A stretch of 37,948 nt of DNA, taken from NCBI RefSeq assembly GCF_041146345.1, contig NW_027191411.1, positions 1,984,001 through 2,021,948 on the forward strand, written 5' to 3'. Made by a program: the position numbers and the translations under genes. The notes beneath the pieces were generated by a model that was given only the letters and a program-made list of their open reading frames with translations, was not told the DNA's origin and did no database searches. Numbering within the stretch: position 1 is the first letter of the stretch; each line of letters starts with the position of its first letter. Of this stretch, positions 11,401 to 22,512 are shown in pieces. The DNA comes from Neodothiora populina (Eukaryota).

Positions 11401-11761
11401 GTCCGATTTCATCGCCTACCGCACGAAACGGCTGCAAGTGTACAAGGAAACGATCCCAATAGTGAACCGGATTGTGAGCTCGATAAGGCTGCGAGGTATG
11501 CAGCAGCAATACAAATACGCCCAAAGCAGTTTCTACCGCAATCTGGACAATAACATGACTAACGCCATGGGCATTCATTATGGCCCAGAGCCAGCATACA
11601 AGACAGTCTACAGCAGCTCGTTGAGTGGACGTACCTATGAAACCCCCTATGGTGTAGAGAGCGATAAGTACGCGCGTCAAGCTTCCTCAATGAGTAGTCT
11701 CGGCGGTACAGATGTGGAACGGGGAACACAACTGGAGATGCTGTGGAGAGAATGGGAATAG
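8468..11761 (+). CDS. Uncharacterised ~1097 aa protein: Pro-rich N-terminus, Gln-rich coiled coil, five tandem Cys-rich repeats
   Basis: Single long ORF; first ATG at 8468 (MDRPPLPPRR); CxxC(Y/F) cores at 10058, 10352, 10634, 10910 and 11198. Confidence 0.85.
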   Translation: MDRPPLPPRRSASSVTPTNFPPPPIHEAGAWQASHSAPPPLPLSSKPGISRTDSRDPRFYPEIRTTSTSPPPPALPRRPSSVQVASPPPEYLTHTVSAPPTLDRSLTQESAASPVAAEPSTSSTAPPQGQPGKRIARRVLVGAAKTVGRIYIGDEGVKAVERLVVGVKQREWRQEFSAQVEQGQKDGEAARANTKAYFDRKGATQQENLQKWKEKQEPQRLQLQQQREQLRLQREQQQLQREQLSINREQQRQQQVQSNPRSQTASAAASLVRSEDMEDVPIRLLERLDLHAEESTGPNDQNYQQHQRPVASSSGGPQEQIETWRAQQHDPVFTNEHATVTVTATDVPYDAPPQQYWQTYSDEQLRRPYDVVSEVSQPSVLYVAPYVEESTAPGSPSELDSGHQQPHNAYPASVVDEYPRQDQHDVTERNVHEPSLTTETASVNQRDQYMPKDSPAAHAPLTAYREMPRELSPHLTFASDGAYLVASSPPSNIPSDTAHEYFVCAECPNSSILFYDSFWFRHVDIPLFPICSYCFEHFIRGSRFEPSFQGGLELGGTIAARCMFGVPRMTELLWPLATSTSDMQIAKSYMESRVAIPSCYGVTGVNGPTSEGLKWFAPTDSAIPGFVACAACYEAFIVGTDFKRHFMQYGEIQAPEATWSCDISVPYIQKALAACSARNDWSGFVAAAKDRLNSPACAGLTAVNAKSRKWCSGVRGKLQVLACEQCYLDHVALTAFDPEFGLAPLDYSKGDYDLTCELAILPLIVALEEALVFRDLKRFWDTCQVQSKTPLCERGDLVGVTWHTLKGGCDNFDICPTCYTGVICASGLQHLFEPQKHDSNASSTRSCDFSKKSPRFSYYMKYYNVALHTPNKRKFTKFVKNVSNLPFCTKMEFQKTQFYTVVLNNDVMFVCQSCYHEAIEDSALGRYFTFSGEVGNHMCEMYSANMRTRWATVCAASVDESKRRGINNEPVMPSESAMSDFIAYRTKRLQVYKETIPIVNRIVSSIRLRGMQQQYKYAQSSFYRNLDNNMTNAMGIHYGPEPAYKTVYSSSLSGRTYETPYGVESDKYARQASSMSSLGGTDVERGTQLEMLWREWE

Positions 11762-12086
11762 CTAAAGCTACAAGTATGTGGGAAATGCGTCGTTGAGTAT
11801 ATCCCCATTAAAAAGTTAGTAGAGCGTATGCATTCCTTCAAGACGTTGCTACGCCACTGGTATGACTAAGTAGATATACGTTGTAAGCAAGGTCACGGCT
11901 CGATAGATCTTTGTTGCAAGCAAGCACATAGGCTGTGTGAGTATTCATCTATTATTGAAGTAATTCGAATCTATAATTATATATCACTAAAAGTGTCATG
12001 AACACAAGAAGCGCGCATCAAAGGAGTCTTCATGTCAGCATTTAGTCGGAAACGCGTAAGTCATTCATGTGGTGAGGAGTGCTGGC

Positions 12087-14344
12087 CTAGTAGTGTATAT
12101 CGCGTGGTATCGTGGTGCCTTGATGTGCTCCAGACATGTCTCCTTCATACCTACAAGCGTACAGCTCATATGATCCTGCACGTGCAGTCAAGCTTTGCGT
12201 GACGGAGTCGAACTCGGCTAGTGACTCCACACGACAGAGCACTGGTATCTCACTTGTCTGCCCTGGTAGCAAAACCTCTTTGGAAAACCCAAGAAGGAAC
12301 ATGGCTGGTCGTGTGGAAGCTACACTGTCCTTCCGTCGAGTCTCGCGACATCCGTAAATTTGTACCACCGCTGCCGACTGTGTCGAGCCAGAGTTTTCCG
12401 CCCGAACGGTCACGTTGAAAGTCGAGTCTGTCACATGCGTTTTGCACCATAGTGGGCCCAATGAGATATCACCATACCCCAAACCGTAGCCAAAGGGGTA
12501 CGCTGGAGTAAGGTTGTACTTCTGGAAGACTCGGTACCCACACATCCCATCGTCAATTGCTTTATCGTCTCGTGCGATCCACTCCTGCAGTTGTCTCTCG
12601 GAATCCATGAGGACAAATGGCAGTCTACCAGCTGGCTCGCGGACGCCAAAGAGTACGTCCCTTAAGCCGTTGCCGAATTGGCGTCCGCTGTTGCCCGCAA
12701 AGAGAACTGCCATACACTTCTGCCGTAACCAGGCTGGAACGACAACACTACTGTCTGCTTGTACGACGACCACTGACTTGCTCCCCGCTACTTCCAGAAC
12801 AGCTCGTGCTAGGTCAAGGTCACTGGTATCCAACACTCCAGCATTTCGAGTTTTTGACCTTCGCATCTTGGGCGATTCAATCTTATGACTTCGAGATTGG
12901 AAGGGCTGTTTGAATGACAAAGACGACAGCGAGAATCCCACGTGGTATCTTGAGAACACGGCTGAATCGTGGCCACCTCTACACGACCCTAGGAAGATGA
13001 TCACGGTATCGGCCTGTCGAGCAAGTTGGACAGCCTGTGCGATCTTATGTCCGCTGTTGTGTTGAATCGTACTCCGGGCATCGTTACTGATTGCAGCTAG
13101 AGGGCTAATTCCAGAAGGTGTGTGTACGTGTGCTGATTCCTCAGCATGATCATTGGTTCTGTCGGCAATGACGCCGAGGAGTGCCACCTTCTTCCCAGTG
13201 GAGTCTGATAGTGGCAGGAAGTCGCGCTCGTTCTTGAGCAGAACCATGGAATTTGCTACTGCACGGCGGGCGAGGTCTATGTGACGCTTGCAACGAACTA
13301 CGCCGATATCTGGAACCGAGGCCTTCAATGTGCGACGGCAGAATTGTATCTGGGCTGCGATGACCCGTTCGACAATGCTTTGGATATTAGACCAGTCGAG
13401 TGTGCCGTATTCGAGAGCGAGCTCGACTGATGTCGTTCTTCCTTTTCCACGGGGGAGTTCGACATCGAGACCAGCCCTCACTGAAGTGACGGGGTTCGGG
13501 GAAGTTTCGCTGAAATTGCTGATCATAACGATATCGTGCATCTTCCACCTTTCTCGAAAGGCAGCCTTCAGCATTGATGTGCTCTTGCCGTGGACTGTGT
13601 CGTTGGCTGAGCTGTTAGAGCACAGGATAGCCTCCGCTCCGCTATCCCCAACCACATCTCGAAAACTGCATAGGTGCCGCAGTAGTTGCTCGTCAGCGGC
13701 CGGGTTTTCCGATGCTGCGTCCTTTGACTGTTGCTGGGTTATAGTTGAATCTGATATGGAATGACGAATGCCTGCCATGACATGCGTTCGAACACCTTTA
13801 GCTATGGCTGTTCCCATGCTCATTGCAACGAGTGGGTCTTCTCCATAGCTCTCCGGTGTGCCTCTTCGGGCCGGGTTTCGTGTAACGTGGAGACAGATTC
13901 CACTATACAGGTTACCTCCTAGAGCTCGAACTTCCGCACCAATAGCCTCGCCCTATCAAGACCTGTCAGCAACATATTTCACATCGGCTATTGTGAGATG
14001 GGATGTGGACGCACAATGAGCCGTTCCTGGTTACAATCGAATGACGCTGCTCGACTGAGCGGACTCGGAAACTCTGTCGAACAACCGACCACAGAGCCGC
14101 TAGGGCCATCTACTATATGAAACCCTGGGATACCAAGTCTAGGCGACGTGGACGCCGGGTATGGGACCATTTGTCCAGTGGTGAGCTGTCCTTGTGATAA
14201 ATAGTGGGAAAGCGACCAGGCGCCCTGTAACATTGCAATACGCTCGTCATCACGCATGAGACCGTAAACCAAGCCAGCTGCTTCGGCCACGGTGGTCTCG
14301 CCGGTGAGAGTCTGCGTAACAGCACGAAAGAACTGTGTGTGCAT
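12087..14344 (-). CDS. Glycoside hydrolase family 3 (beta-glucosidase-like) protein, probably catalytically inactive; 2 exons (14344-14015, 13952-12087), ~731 aa
   Basis: PRLGIPGFHIVDGPSG, FPSPLSRAASFD, ESYGEDP, SMVLLKNERDFLPL, EPAGRLPF, YPFGYGLGY and a C-terminal Fn3-like domain. Intron 13953-14014 GTGCGT..GCTGAC..TAG joins the frames. Confidence 0.85.
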
Positions 14345-16364
14345 CTTGACGGAACAAAGTCGGCGAATTTTCTTATAATGGCATGCAAAGTACGTACGGC
14401 CAGCGCATCAGAGGATTCACCGGCATATTTGAATACTTATCGTATCAAAATGAGAATAGCCAAGGATTGAGTTGTAGCAGTGACTTGTGCTTGAAACAAA
14501 TGCTTAATAAGATTTATCAATTACAACCACCCTCGTAAGGATAATCGAAGGGCTGGCATCGTGCTTGATAGTGTTTGCCGTGTCTAGCCAACATGTTCTC
14601 GGAAGTGAACGTTATGTATAGGCTTTCTTGGCAGTCTAAAGTGCCAAGGTAGCGTATGTCGCAGAGATTTGGTGCACAGATTGAGATCCGGCAGTCTGGA
14701 TGACCACATGGCGCAACGCTTTTATCAATAGCTCGCGATTAATCTGGATCAGTATTTAAGAAATCCTGGGGGTAAGTTTGACGACAACGCCGCCTAAACG
14801 AGCCGCCGTTATACGTTAGCCTGCGAGATTATGCTTGGCTCACAGTGTCTTGACAGAGAGCAGCATGACTTTTGCAAGCATCTGGAGCTCCGTTCACTTG
14901 TAACTCCGAGGACATTGTGAGACACCGGGCGCGGCTCTTGACCTGGTGAGATAACATAATCATTTGTCGCAGACTGCCGTGAGAACGTTGGCGACATCGT
15001 AAACCACACTACGTCAGCGCATGAACGTGACGCTGCTAAAGTGAAGGAAAACTCGATTAGTGGCTTACCTCTACGCCTATAACGTGCTTGTTAAGAACAT
15101 TCCCGATGCTCATATTGGTCGTCTAATACATGAATGGCAGCAAATTAGCTTCGTATCTTTTTGTTGTCTCCTCAGGCTTTCGTGGGTTTCGCTCCTCCAC
15201 ATCTCATGACGAGCGAGACATCGACATTGGCATCGTGGGCTCGACCCTGGAACACCTGCACACTCCGTTCTGCAAAATCGACCAAATTGTCCTTCACAAC
15301 ACTGTAATCATCGGAGATATTCTTACATGGCGGGTGAGTGATTCTCCGAGTTCTAGACAATTCCAGCGTTGAATGAATCCCACCTGGGGTTACATCATGA
15401 GAGTATCGAATATACAAGGTCGACATCCATCCATCTGATAGACATACATCGCCTGACGATTGCCTGCATCTTCAGCCACATCCAAGCAGGCAGCTGCATC
15501 CGGCGGGACCGAAGTCAGGGAGTCTGAAAACTATTACTTCCAGTATGATCTGGCGAGGCTGCGATAAGGGATGCTAGATGGGTAGATTATGTGCTCTGGC
15601 GCATGTCTTCACATTTTTCCTCGACTCCAAGTGTCCCAATGCAAGAAGGCAAGTCGCTGCAATAAAAGTGTTTTTTTTTTTCAAAGCTTCTAAAGCGTCA
15701 TGATTGGTTCGTGATGATGCAGATACGACAGATTGGCTTCTACTAGCTCCAGTTAAGACTACCTAGCGTCTTTACCCGCCGAACTTCCGGGCTTCTCACA
15801 GAAGCCACAGTGAGGCAAATAGGGCACCTTATCTACTGTACTATGGCGAAACAGTGAAATTTACAGCGCGATTGCCTGGCAACAACTATTTCATGGATGG
15901 CCGAGCTATATATGTGTTGAGGTGCTGCTCTGGCTTTCTTGGCTGCTGTCAAGCACGCTTCGAGCTTAGTTATGCCGGTTTCTTTGGAATTGAGTGAGTC
16001 TGTGGGTACTCCTGGTGACAGCAACAATACGTATGCCTCACCAATACGCGACTCCGAGATGACCCCCTCGCATTAGCAAGAATCAGGCAATTACCAGATT
16101 TGACCCAGTGGGTTCGAACTGTTGTTGATAGTAATAACGATCGCATTGAGTCTTGTGTTAGCAGGCATGCCGAGGGCATCTTTCTTCTTTCGTGAGGAAG
16201 AATAATCTCTAACGTCTCTCAAAGGAAGCTCAGATTGTAGCTACCGCTGTGCCACATATTTAGGCTCTGCTTTCTGCATTTAGGTGTGCTACGTATACAG
16301 ATGTGTCGCCCAGCTTGGATATGTCCCTTCGTGCTTCGAACAAACTTCTGGACTTACTTGTGTA

Positions 16365-17030
16365 TCATCCAAGTCTTGCATATTCGACTGCGTTACTAGA
16401 CCATCTACTTGTGCCAGTCCTCGAAGCGTGTCCACGGTCTATATCTCCTCGTAGAACAGTATCTCTAATGCATATCAGTCCCTGAAACTTGCCTCGGTCT
16501 TTGAGGCTGACCAGGTCGATAACAATGATGGAGACCAGTGAGCTGATCCCGCCTCCATCAACACCGCTCAATGCCCGGCATATGTATAGCCACAGAGGAG
16601 TCTGCGCCCATCCGCAGAACAGACCTCCTACGATGATACACGAGAGCGCCGCTAGAAGCATTGGTTTGCGACCTGCAATATCAGAAAGCCGGCCATGCAA
16701 GGGCTGGAAGGTCGTTTGACCGAGCAGATAGGCTGTACCAAGTAGTTCACTGGCGATGGTGGGAAGGGCTGTAGTGGTGGAATTCATGTTTACATACGAT
16801 ACGAGGTAGCACGCGCAGAGACGCAGATAAGCTGTAACTAAGCGAGGAAAGGAAAGACGAAGCGTCTGATCGTGCAAGCGGTGCACGAGTTCAGGTGGTA
16901 TTTTAGTGTCAGACCTTCGGGAAGGCAAAGCCATCTTTGCTAGCTGTACTGGTGCCCTTGTATTGCTCATGGCCGGGGCCTGTGATTGAATCTCGACGTC
17001 TATCGGCCTGAGTATGATCTCGGAAGCCAT
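16365..17030 (-). pseudogene. Truncated MFS drug:H+ antiporter (DHA2-like) remnant
   Basis: HDQTLRLSFPRL...TTALPTIA...GTAYLLGQTTFQPLHGRLSDIAGRK (MFS motif A)...RALSGVDGGG...DLVSLKDRGKFQG; similarity ends near 16475 after about 4 TM segments, and the TM1-TM2 loop looks deleted. Confidence 0.7.
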
Positions 17031-17885
17031 TCTATGCTGTGCACTCAAGGGTATACACTGTGCTGAAGACCTTGTGGGGAATCTGTATCTTTTGTAGCAC
17101 AATCTGCTATACCGCCGTCGCAGGATGTTGTATTCGATCACGACAAAATGCGACCCCCACTCACATGAGAGTCATACATATATAGAGTGGCCAGCTCTGG
17201 AAGGATTTCCATCCTTGCAAGCTTGATATGGTACAGAATCGTGACGTATAGGAGGGTACCGCAAGCACACGACCCCACGCCTTTTGTCCAAAATTGATAT
17301 TGAACAACACTCACCTAAGTGCTTCGTAATGCTTAAGGTATGATCTTCAGTACAAACGATACTTCACTAAGAACTTGTTCTTAAGATCGAATTAGTCGTC
17401 ACGAATATCAAACACGGATACGCAGCCCGACCAGGCCCGAATCATACCTACCACTACATATTTTGGTTTATCGACGACGGTCCTCCCTAACCTTTTACAG
17501 AAGAGATGAGATGATGGTAGTGTTATTGCAAGCAGTTTGACTTGCTTATGCGGTCTGATACTACTCGGCATTGTTTCCAATAAATTACGATGATCGGCAT
17601 GCGGGCTGAAGCCGGAAGTCGCTATCACACCCCGCATGGCGACATATACCCCACCTGTCACACGAGGTCGATCCAAATAACCAGATAGCTGCTGGTACCC
17701 AAGTCGAAACTCAATTCTTGACATGGTCCACGTTGCTACCATGTTTATAAAGAAAGTCACCCCCTGGTGGAAGCCTGGAAGGTCGTACAACATCTGCACG
17801 TGTAGAACAGTAGCAAAGTCAACAGGAAAAAGCATCGCCGACGAACATCGATAACGAGCAGTCGTCTTTGCTCCAGATTTCTACT

Positions 17886-19661
17886 ATGGCCGAAGCCGTA
17901 AATAACGTGAGGAACGGAAGGCCGGGAAAGAAGAAACAACTCATCATCAATGCTTTTGTTGAATCATGTATGTCCACCGGTGCCAGATTATGGTTACTAA
18001 AGGCTGAGAAGAGACTTCTACAACAGGCAGTGGACATCAGTCTCCTGGTCTATGGAGACATCCCGAAGACAAATCGTCCGGCTTCAACAAGATCAAGCAC
18101 TGGGTTGATCTTGCAAAACTACTCGAGAAAGGCAAATTTCACGGCATGTTCATCGCAGATGTCTTGGTAAGATTGCGTGGCGTCCATCTGGAAACAGTTG
18201 TGCCGCGAAGTCACAGCTAATGTGCGTCTTCAAAGGGTGCCTACGACGTTTACAAGGGACCTCAAAATCGTGATCCAGCCGTCATATCTGGTGCGCAATG
18301 GCCAGTCAACGAGCCTCTAGCGACTGTACCTGCGATGGCAGCTGCTACCAAGAGTCTTGGATTCGGTGTCACATTGGCGACTACTTATGAACAGGTGAGG
18401 GCTTATTGGACACCTTGTTGGAAACACCAAAAATCGAGTCTTGAAGTTCTAATCATTCGATGGTAGCCATATCATCTCGCACGACGACTCAGCACGGTTG
18501 ATCATCTCAGTAGTGGAAGGGTTGGTTGGAACGTAAGTGCTGCCCCTTTTGTCCCTCCAAACCTTTTCTTCCCATGGCGTAGACTCCTGTGTGACGCTTG
18601 CTCACGATGGGTTCTAGGTTGTGACTGGTTATCTTGACTCGGCAGCTAGAAACCTCGGTCATACTGAGCAGCCCGAGCACGACGAGCGCTATGCCATCGC
18701 CGAAGAATATGTGGAGGTCATGTATAAGTTATGGTAAGTCACAAATGCAACAACGGGTATCGTTCGCCGCTTACAGTTTCCTTCCAGGCAATCGTCATGG
18801 CGCGACGACGCAGTGAAATTCGACGCTAAGTCTGCTGTATACACTGATCCAGCATTAGTCAGGACGATTGATCACGTAGGAAAATACTACAAAGTTCCTG
18901 GCCCGCACATCTGTGAGCCTTCACCGCAACGCACCCCTATTATCATGCAAGCTGGGACCTCAAAAGCGGGAAAGGAATTCGCTGCCAAAAACGCAGAAGC
19001 CATCTTCGTCGCTGGCCACAGCCCGTCGGTTGTGGCGAAGAACGTTGCTGAGATAAGGTCTTTGGCCAGCACCAAGTATGGCCGCGACCCCTCGAGCATC
19101 AAATTCCTTGCCTTGCTCTGTCCAATAATCGGCAAGACAACAGAGGAAGCAGAGGCGAAGTACAATGAATATGTCAGTTACGGGTCTGAAGATGGTGCGC
19201 TTGCCCTATTTGGAGGTTGGACAGGAATCGACCTCGCCCAATATGATGACGACCAAGAACTTCGCCACGTTGAGTCGAACGCAATCCGCTCAGCCGTCGA
19301 GGGATGGTCGAAGGCTTCTCCCAACGTAGCAAAGTGGACCAAGAGGACAGTGGCAAATCATATCAAAGTGGGAGGGTTGGGCGCCACCGTCGTAGGTACT
19401 GCAGAGAAAATCGCCGATGAATTAGAAAGATGGGTCGAGGAGGCAGACGTGGATGGATTCAATATCGCCTATGCGGTTTTCCCCAAGACGTTTGAGGAAG
19501 TCATCGAAGAACTGCTTCCTGTCCTACGCCAACGGGAGTTGTTCTGGTCGGATTATGCTGTCCCCGGGGGAACATATCGTGAGAATTTATATGGTGTCAA
19601 AGGGCTGGCCTATCCGCCTAAGGATCATCCGGCAGCGGCATATCACTGGAAAGCGGAATAG
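17886..19661 (+). CDS. Luciferase-like FMNH2-dependent monooxygenase, DszA/NtaA/SnaA family (paralogue 1); 6 exons
   Basis: Spliced translation NAFVESCSGHQSPGLWRHP...FIADVLGAYDVY...[36 protein letters not shown]...PSPQRTPIIMQAGTSKAG...DGFNI. Introns 17968-18026, 18167-18235, 18395-18466, 18533-18617 and 18734-18787 are all GT-AG and frame-preserving. Confidence 0.92.
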
Positions 19662-19909
19662 ACAACGTAGACTGTAGCACGAGTAAATCTGCAATCAGCG
19701 TATATATGGAGTGAAAGTCCTGAAGTTTTAGTATTTCCATGCTTGTCTATGTCCCTTATTCAATCACCTTAAGTAAAGTTGCCAATGACGAAACAGTCAC
19801 ATTTGTACAGCACACGATCTGGACCTCCACATCTGGTAGGAGCTTCGCATCGAATTGTTGATTAATCTATATAGATGAATCTTGATCATCTCGTTCAGCT
19901 CGAGGCTGC

Positions 19910-21667
19910 TCACTCTGGGACAGGCGCGTCCTCACTCGCCACGTCCGCGCGCCATCTGTATTTGGCAGCAACATGTTCACTAGGCGGTCCGGTCTGTCCA
20001 GGTTTCTGGTAGAAGTTTTCTCTGTAAGTGCCTCCAGGTACGGCGTAACCATCCCAGAAGAGGCCTCTCGCGCGGAGTTCCGGCAGTAAGAGATCGATGA
20101 TGTCTTTGAATGTTTGTGGGAAGAGAGAGTATGCCTTGCACAGTATTAGCTGCCGTCATCTGGATATCTGCGGTTTTGTGTTGACTCACAAAATTGAAAC
20201 CATCAACATCGGCTTCAGTGAGCCATGTCTCGAGTGCGTCGGCAACTTGTTTTGGGTTACCCACAATCAAAGGACCATTGCCTCCAATGCTGATGTGCTC
20301 GGCGATAGTGTCCCTGGTCCATTTCTTGGTGCCAGGCGAGAATCGGGCATAGGCTTGAACGGTAGACCTAGAAGTCAAATAAGCAGTATGTTCATGCACA
20401 TCAGTCTATATGATCACTCACTTGACGGCATTACTCTCGACTTCTCTCAGCTCCTCATCGTCACCATACTTGCCGAGATCTATACCAGTCCAACCGCAAA
20501 ACAGAGCAAGGGCTCCTTCTAATGAGGCGTACTGACGGTAATCTGCCAATTTCTTTTGGGCAAGCTCCTCTGTTTCGTCGACGATAACAGTAACAAGAGC
20601 AAGAACCTTGATGTTGGTAGGATCTCTCCTATTCTGCTTGGCAAGTTCTCTCAAATCTCTGATACTGCCAGCAACGACTTGCGGGGCAAATGCGGAAACA
20701 AAGACTGCTTCTGCGTGGCGAGCACCGAAATCCTTACCAGCTTTGGATGTGCCCGCCTGCAGGATCAGTGGGGTGCGCTGAGGGCTAGGTTGGCAGATGT
20801 GAGGACCTGGGACATTGAAGAACTTTCCGTTGTGGTTAATCTCGCGGACGAGCTCGGGCTGGGTATAGATGCCCTTTTCGCGATCCAACTTGACGGCGTC
20901 ATCTCTCCACGATGACTCGAGGAGTTTGTAGATGACCTGGACGTACTCTTCGGCCTTGGCATAACGTTCGTCGTGGGCGAGCTGCTCCTTGCCGACCATA
21001 TTCCGCGAGGCACTATCCAGATAGGAGGTAACGATGTTCCATCCCAGACGTCCCTTGGTCAGATGATCAGCGGTCGACAGTCTTCGCGCCAGATGGTAAG
21101 GATACTCGTAGGAAGTTGAGACAGTGACGCCAAATCCGATGCTCTTTGTCGCAGCAGCCATGGCCGGGACAACACTCAAAGGCTCGTTGACTGGCCATTG
21201 TGCGCCTGATCTCTTTGCTGCATCAAGGTTCCCATTGTAGACGTCGTAGCCGCCTAGACTGATGTGTCAGGATTTGGGGAAGCATCTCTCGCACATACTG
21301 CGCTAGAATCACAGATCATATCCACGCAGCGCTCACGACTTACCCAGGACATCTGCAATAAAGATGCCGTGAAAAGACGCCTTTTCGAGAAGTTGAGCCA
21401 GTTTAATCCAGTGGTCGACGTCGTTGAATTTCCAGGATTCATCTTCGGGGTGTCTCCACAGACCAGGGCTCTGGTGCCCGCTGCCTGTAGTTCTGTGTTA
21501 GAAAATGTTCTAGCCAAATTCGGGAGTCTGGAACGACCGTGACGACCAGAGGATTGTTAACAAAAATAAGAAATCTACTAACACATCTCGACAAAGGCAT
21601 TGATAATAATGTTCTTTTTCCGCTCAGGTTGAACGGAATGACGCACGTCGCTGTTTGAGGCGGCCAT
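19910..21667 (-). CDS. Luciferase-like FMNH2-dependent monooxygenase, DszA/NtaA/SnaA family (paralogue 2); 5 exons
   Basis: MAASNSDVRH...NAFVEMCSGHQSPGLW...FIADVLGGYDVY...PSPQRTPLILQAGTSKAG...DGFNFAYSLFPQTF...DAPVPE* (TGA 19910-19912). Introns 21485-21582, 21254-21343, ~20368-20421 and ~20135-20190. Confidence 0.92.
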
Positions 21668-22512
21668 TGTTTGTGTGACTATTATTCTTGACGCCTAAGA
21701 CCTCGAAACGACAATAGTCTAAGTCTAACACACTTCAAGAAGAAATGTTGCACTTTATTGTTCAGAGGAAACCTTTAGTCGAGTGCCAGTCTTCTGGTAT
21801 ATTCTTAAGCTTCTAGCTAAAGTGCTTCATAGAAGTGTGTGCCTCGCCTTATTGACCCTTTCAAAAATCGACTTGACTGGACACAACCCATGCACTTATC
21901 GTACTTATCAATCTTTTAGTAAGGTCCTCTCATATCCACCACGCTCTTGGCCTGCCATGACTTGTTGTCGAAGGTTGTCGTCCAAGGCCTCGCATACCAA
22001 TGGTGTGATCGCACGTCATAAAGCCAGTCCCCCGAAGTTATGCAAATCTCCCCGCGATTCCGCGATAAGCCAGCGACACCCGCTCCCTTGTATAGCCCGA
22101 CTCCACTCGTTACTTTCTACGACGACCATTTGCCGTCTTTTACTCGTTATCTTCAATATTTGGTCCCAACAAAGCCCCTCTCTCAGAGATCATGCCCCGC
22201 TCTGGATGGACCAATTCGCATCGCCAATCACGTAAATTGTCGAGTCGGTAGTGGGCTGAATCAGTTGAGGGCGTAGGGGAAGACTCGACCGGCATCGCAT
22301 CTCGCGGCCGAGACTAGTAATCATGAATCCCACGTGCACTTGTTCATGTCTTTGCGTAAGATCAATATCGTAATCAAGGACTAGCATCTAAGTAGCTGCA
22401 AGCTGTTGCGTGTATCTATTTCCTGTCCGAAAAAAAAGATATATCAGATTCTCATCATTCTTGCATTCCTGGGAAGCCTATTCTTCTAACTGTCTCCAAA
22501 TATACGCATACA

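Noticed and set aside
15130..16200. Short ORFs, one with HPPCK...DDYSVVKDNL faintly like the tail of fungal alpha/beta-hydrolase/NACHT N-terminal domains
   Set aside because: Too short and weak to support by eye; needs BLASTx.
17392..17835. 147 aa minus-strand ORF
   Set aside because: No motifs; lies in the promoter of DszA paralogue 1; likely spurious.
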